Assembly (NCBI GenBank): GCA_030167145.1
Contig: CP126532.1
Location: forward strand, 2,190,001-2,222,000
Reading direction: 5' to 3'
Origin: Ktedonobacterales bacterium
GTDB taxonomy: Bacteria > Chloroflexota > Ktedonobacteria > Ktedonobacterales > JADMIN01
Length of the DNA: 32,000 bases
Shown here: positions 31,705-32,000 of the stretch, one piece after another
How the letters are laid out: every line of letters begins with the position of its first letter
Numbering within the stretch: position 1 is the stretch's first letter
Notes under the pieces: generated by a model
Told to the model about the DNA's origin: nothing
The model's input: only the letters and a program-made list of their open reading frames with translations
Databases searched by the model: none
Translations under genes and position numbers: made by a program

Positions 31705-32000
31705 ATGCGGCACACAACACCATCTACAGCGGCCACAACGGCCACAACGACGCCTGAGGGTGAGGAGTCGGCGCAAGTAGAAAGTGGGCGGGGTGCGGTT
31801 CTGCGCCAGTTGCGTCCGGCGATTCTGCTGACGCTGTTGTTGACGTTGATCGCGGGCGTGCTGTATCCGCTGGCGACGACGGGAGCAGCGCAGGCGCTCT
31901 TTCCGTCGCAGGCGAATGGTTCGCTGGTCTACGCCAATGGCAAACTGGTGGGTTCGCGGCTGATCGGCCAGTACTGGACGCAACCGCAGTATTTCCACGG
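31705..32000 (+). CDS. kdpC: K+-transporting ATPase subunit C; 3' end runs off the right edge of the window
   Basis: My translation from the ATG at 31705: MRHTTPSTAATTATTTPEGEESAQVESGRGAVLRQLRPAILLTLLLTLIAGVLYPLATTGAAQALFPSQANGSLVYANGKLVGSRLIGQYWTQPQYFH... This shows the KdpC pattern (single N-terminal TM, FP-x-QANGSL, G-S-x-LIGQ, YF-x-GRPS). It is absent from the track because it has no stop in the window. Confidence 0.85.
   Translation, partial: MRHTTPSTAATTATTTPEGEESAQVESGRGAVLRQLRPAILLTLLLTLIAGVLYPLATTGAAQALFPSQANGSLVYANGKLVGSRLIGQYWTQPQYFH

Noticed and set aside
1-32000. Mobile element, prophage or genomic island boundaries
   Set aside because: No integrase, transposase, tRNA attachment site, long terminal inverted repeats or abrupt sustained GC shift is visible. 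Only short REP-like repeats are present.

Overview
High-GC (roughly 65%) bacterial chromosomal window with clear GGAG-type Shine-Dalgarno sites and about 27 real genes. Most long Pro/Arg/His-rich or Gly/Asp/Glu-rich ORFs in the track are antisense shadows. I cannot assign a taxon from sequence alone; a Chloroflexota or Actinomycetota-like organism is only a guess. Left to right: a 3'-truncated AI-2E permease (-), missing from the ORF track; a ~0.9 kb non-coding tract of nested 9-bp-periodic repeats; a TIR-domain/parallel beta-helix fusion protein (-); a GT-C (ArnT/PMT-like) membrane glycosyltransferase (+); an ArsR/DUF2087 regulator plus MFS pair (+); a small hypothetical protein; an AadA-like nucleotidyltransferase and a membrane protein (-); a DHA2 MFS exporter plus TetR pair (+) behind a perfect 19-bp palindrome; a small membrane protein; a two-domain cupredoxin; a CHAP-domain lipoprotein; an epoxide hydrolase; arfB; a complete livJHMGF-type branched-chain amino acid ABC operon (all -); and a kdp locus (+) ordered short kdpD, kdpE, repeat array, stand-alone receiver, 27-aa micro-ORF, kdpF, kdpA, kdpB, kdpC (kdpC truncated at the right edge and missing from the track). 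There are no rRNA or tRNA genes, CRISPR arrays, transposases or integrases. Items worth a second look: the TIR/beta-helix fusion; the repeat tract at 1024-1900; a ~105-aa hydrophobic insertion in the LivG ATPase; the kdp leader, which has phased TTTAYN hexamers resembling KdpE boxes followed by a 31-bp tandem array of alternating inverted repeats; the extra receiver and micro-ORF in the kdp operon; and two families of short dispersed palindromic elements, one lying in frame inside the GT-C gene. I see no convincing multi-gene novel system. All function calls rest on my reading of motifs, not on database searches.
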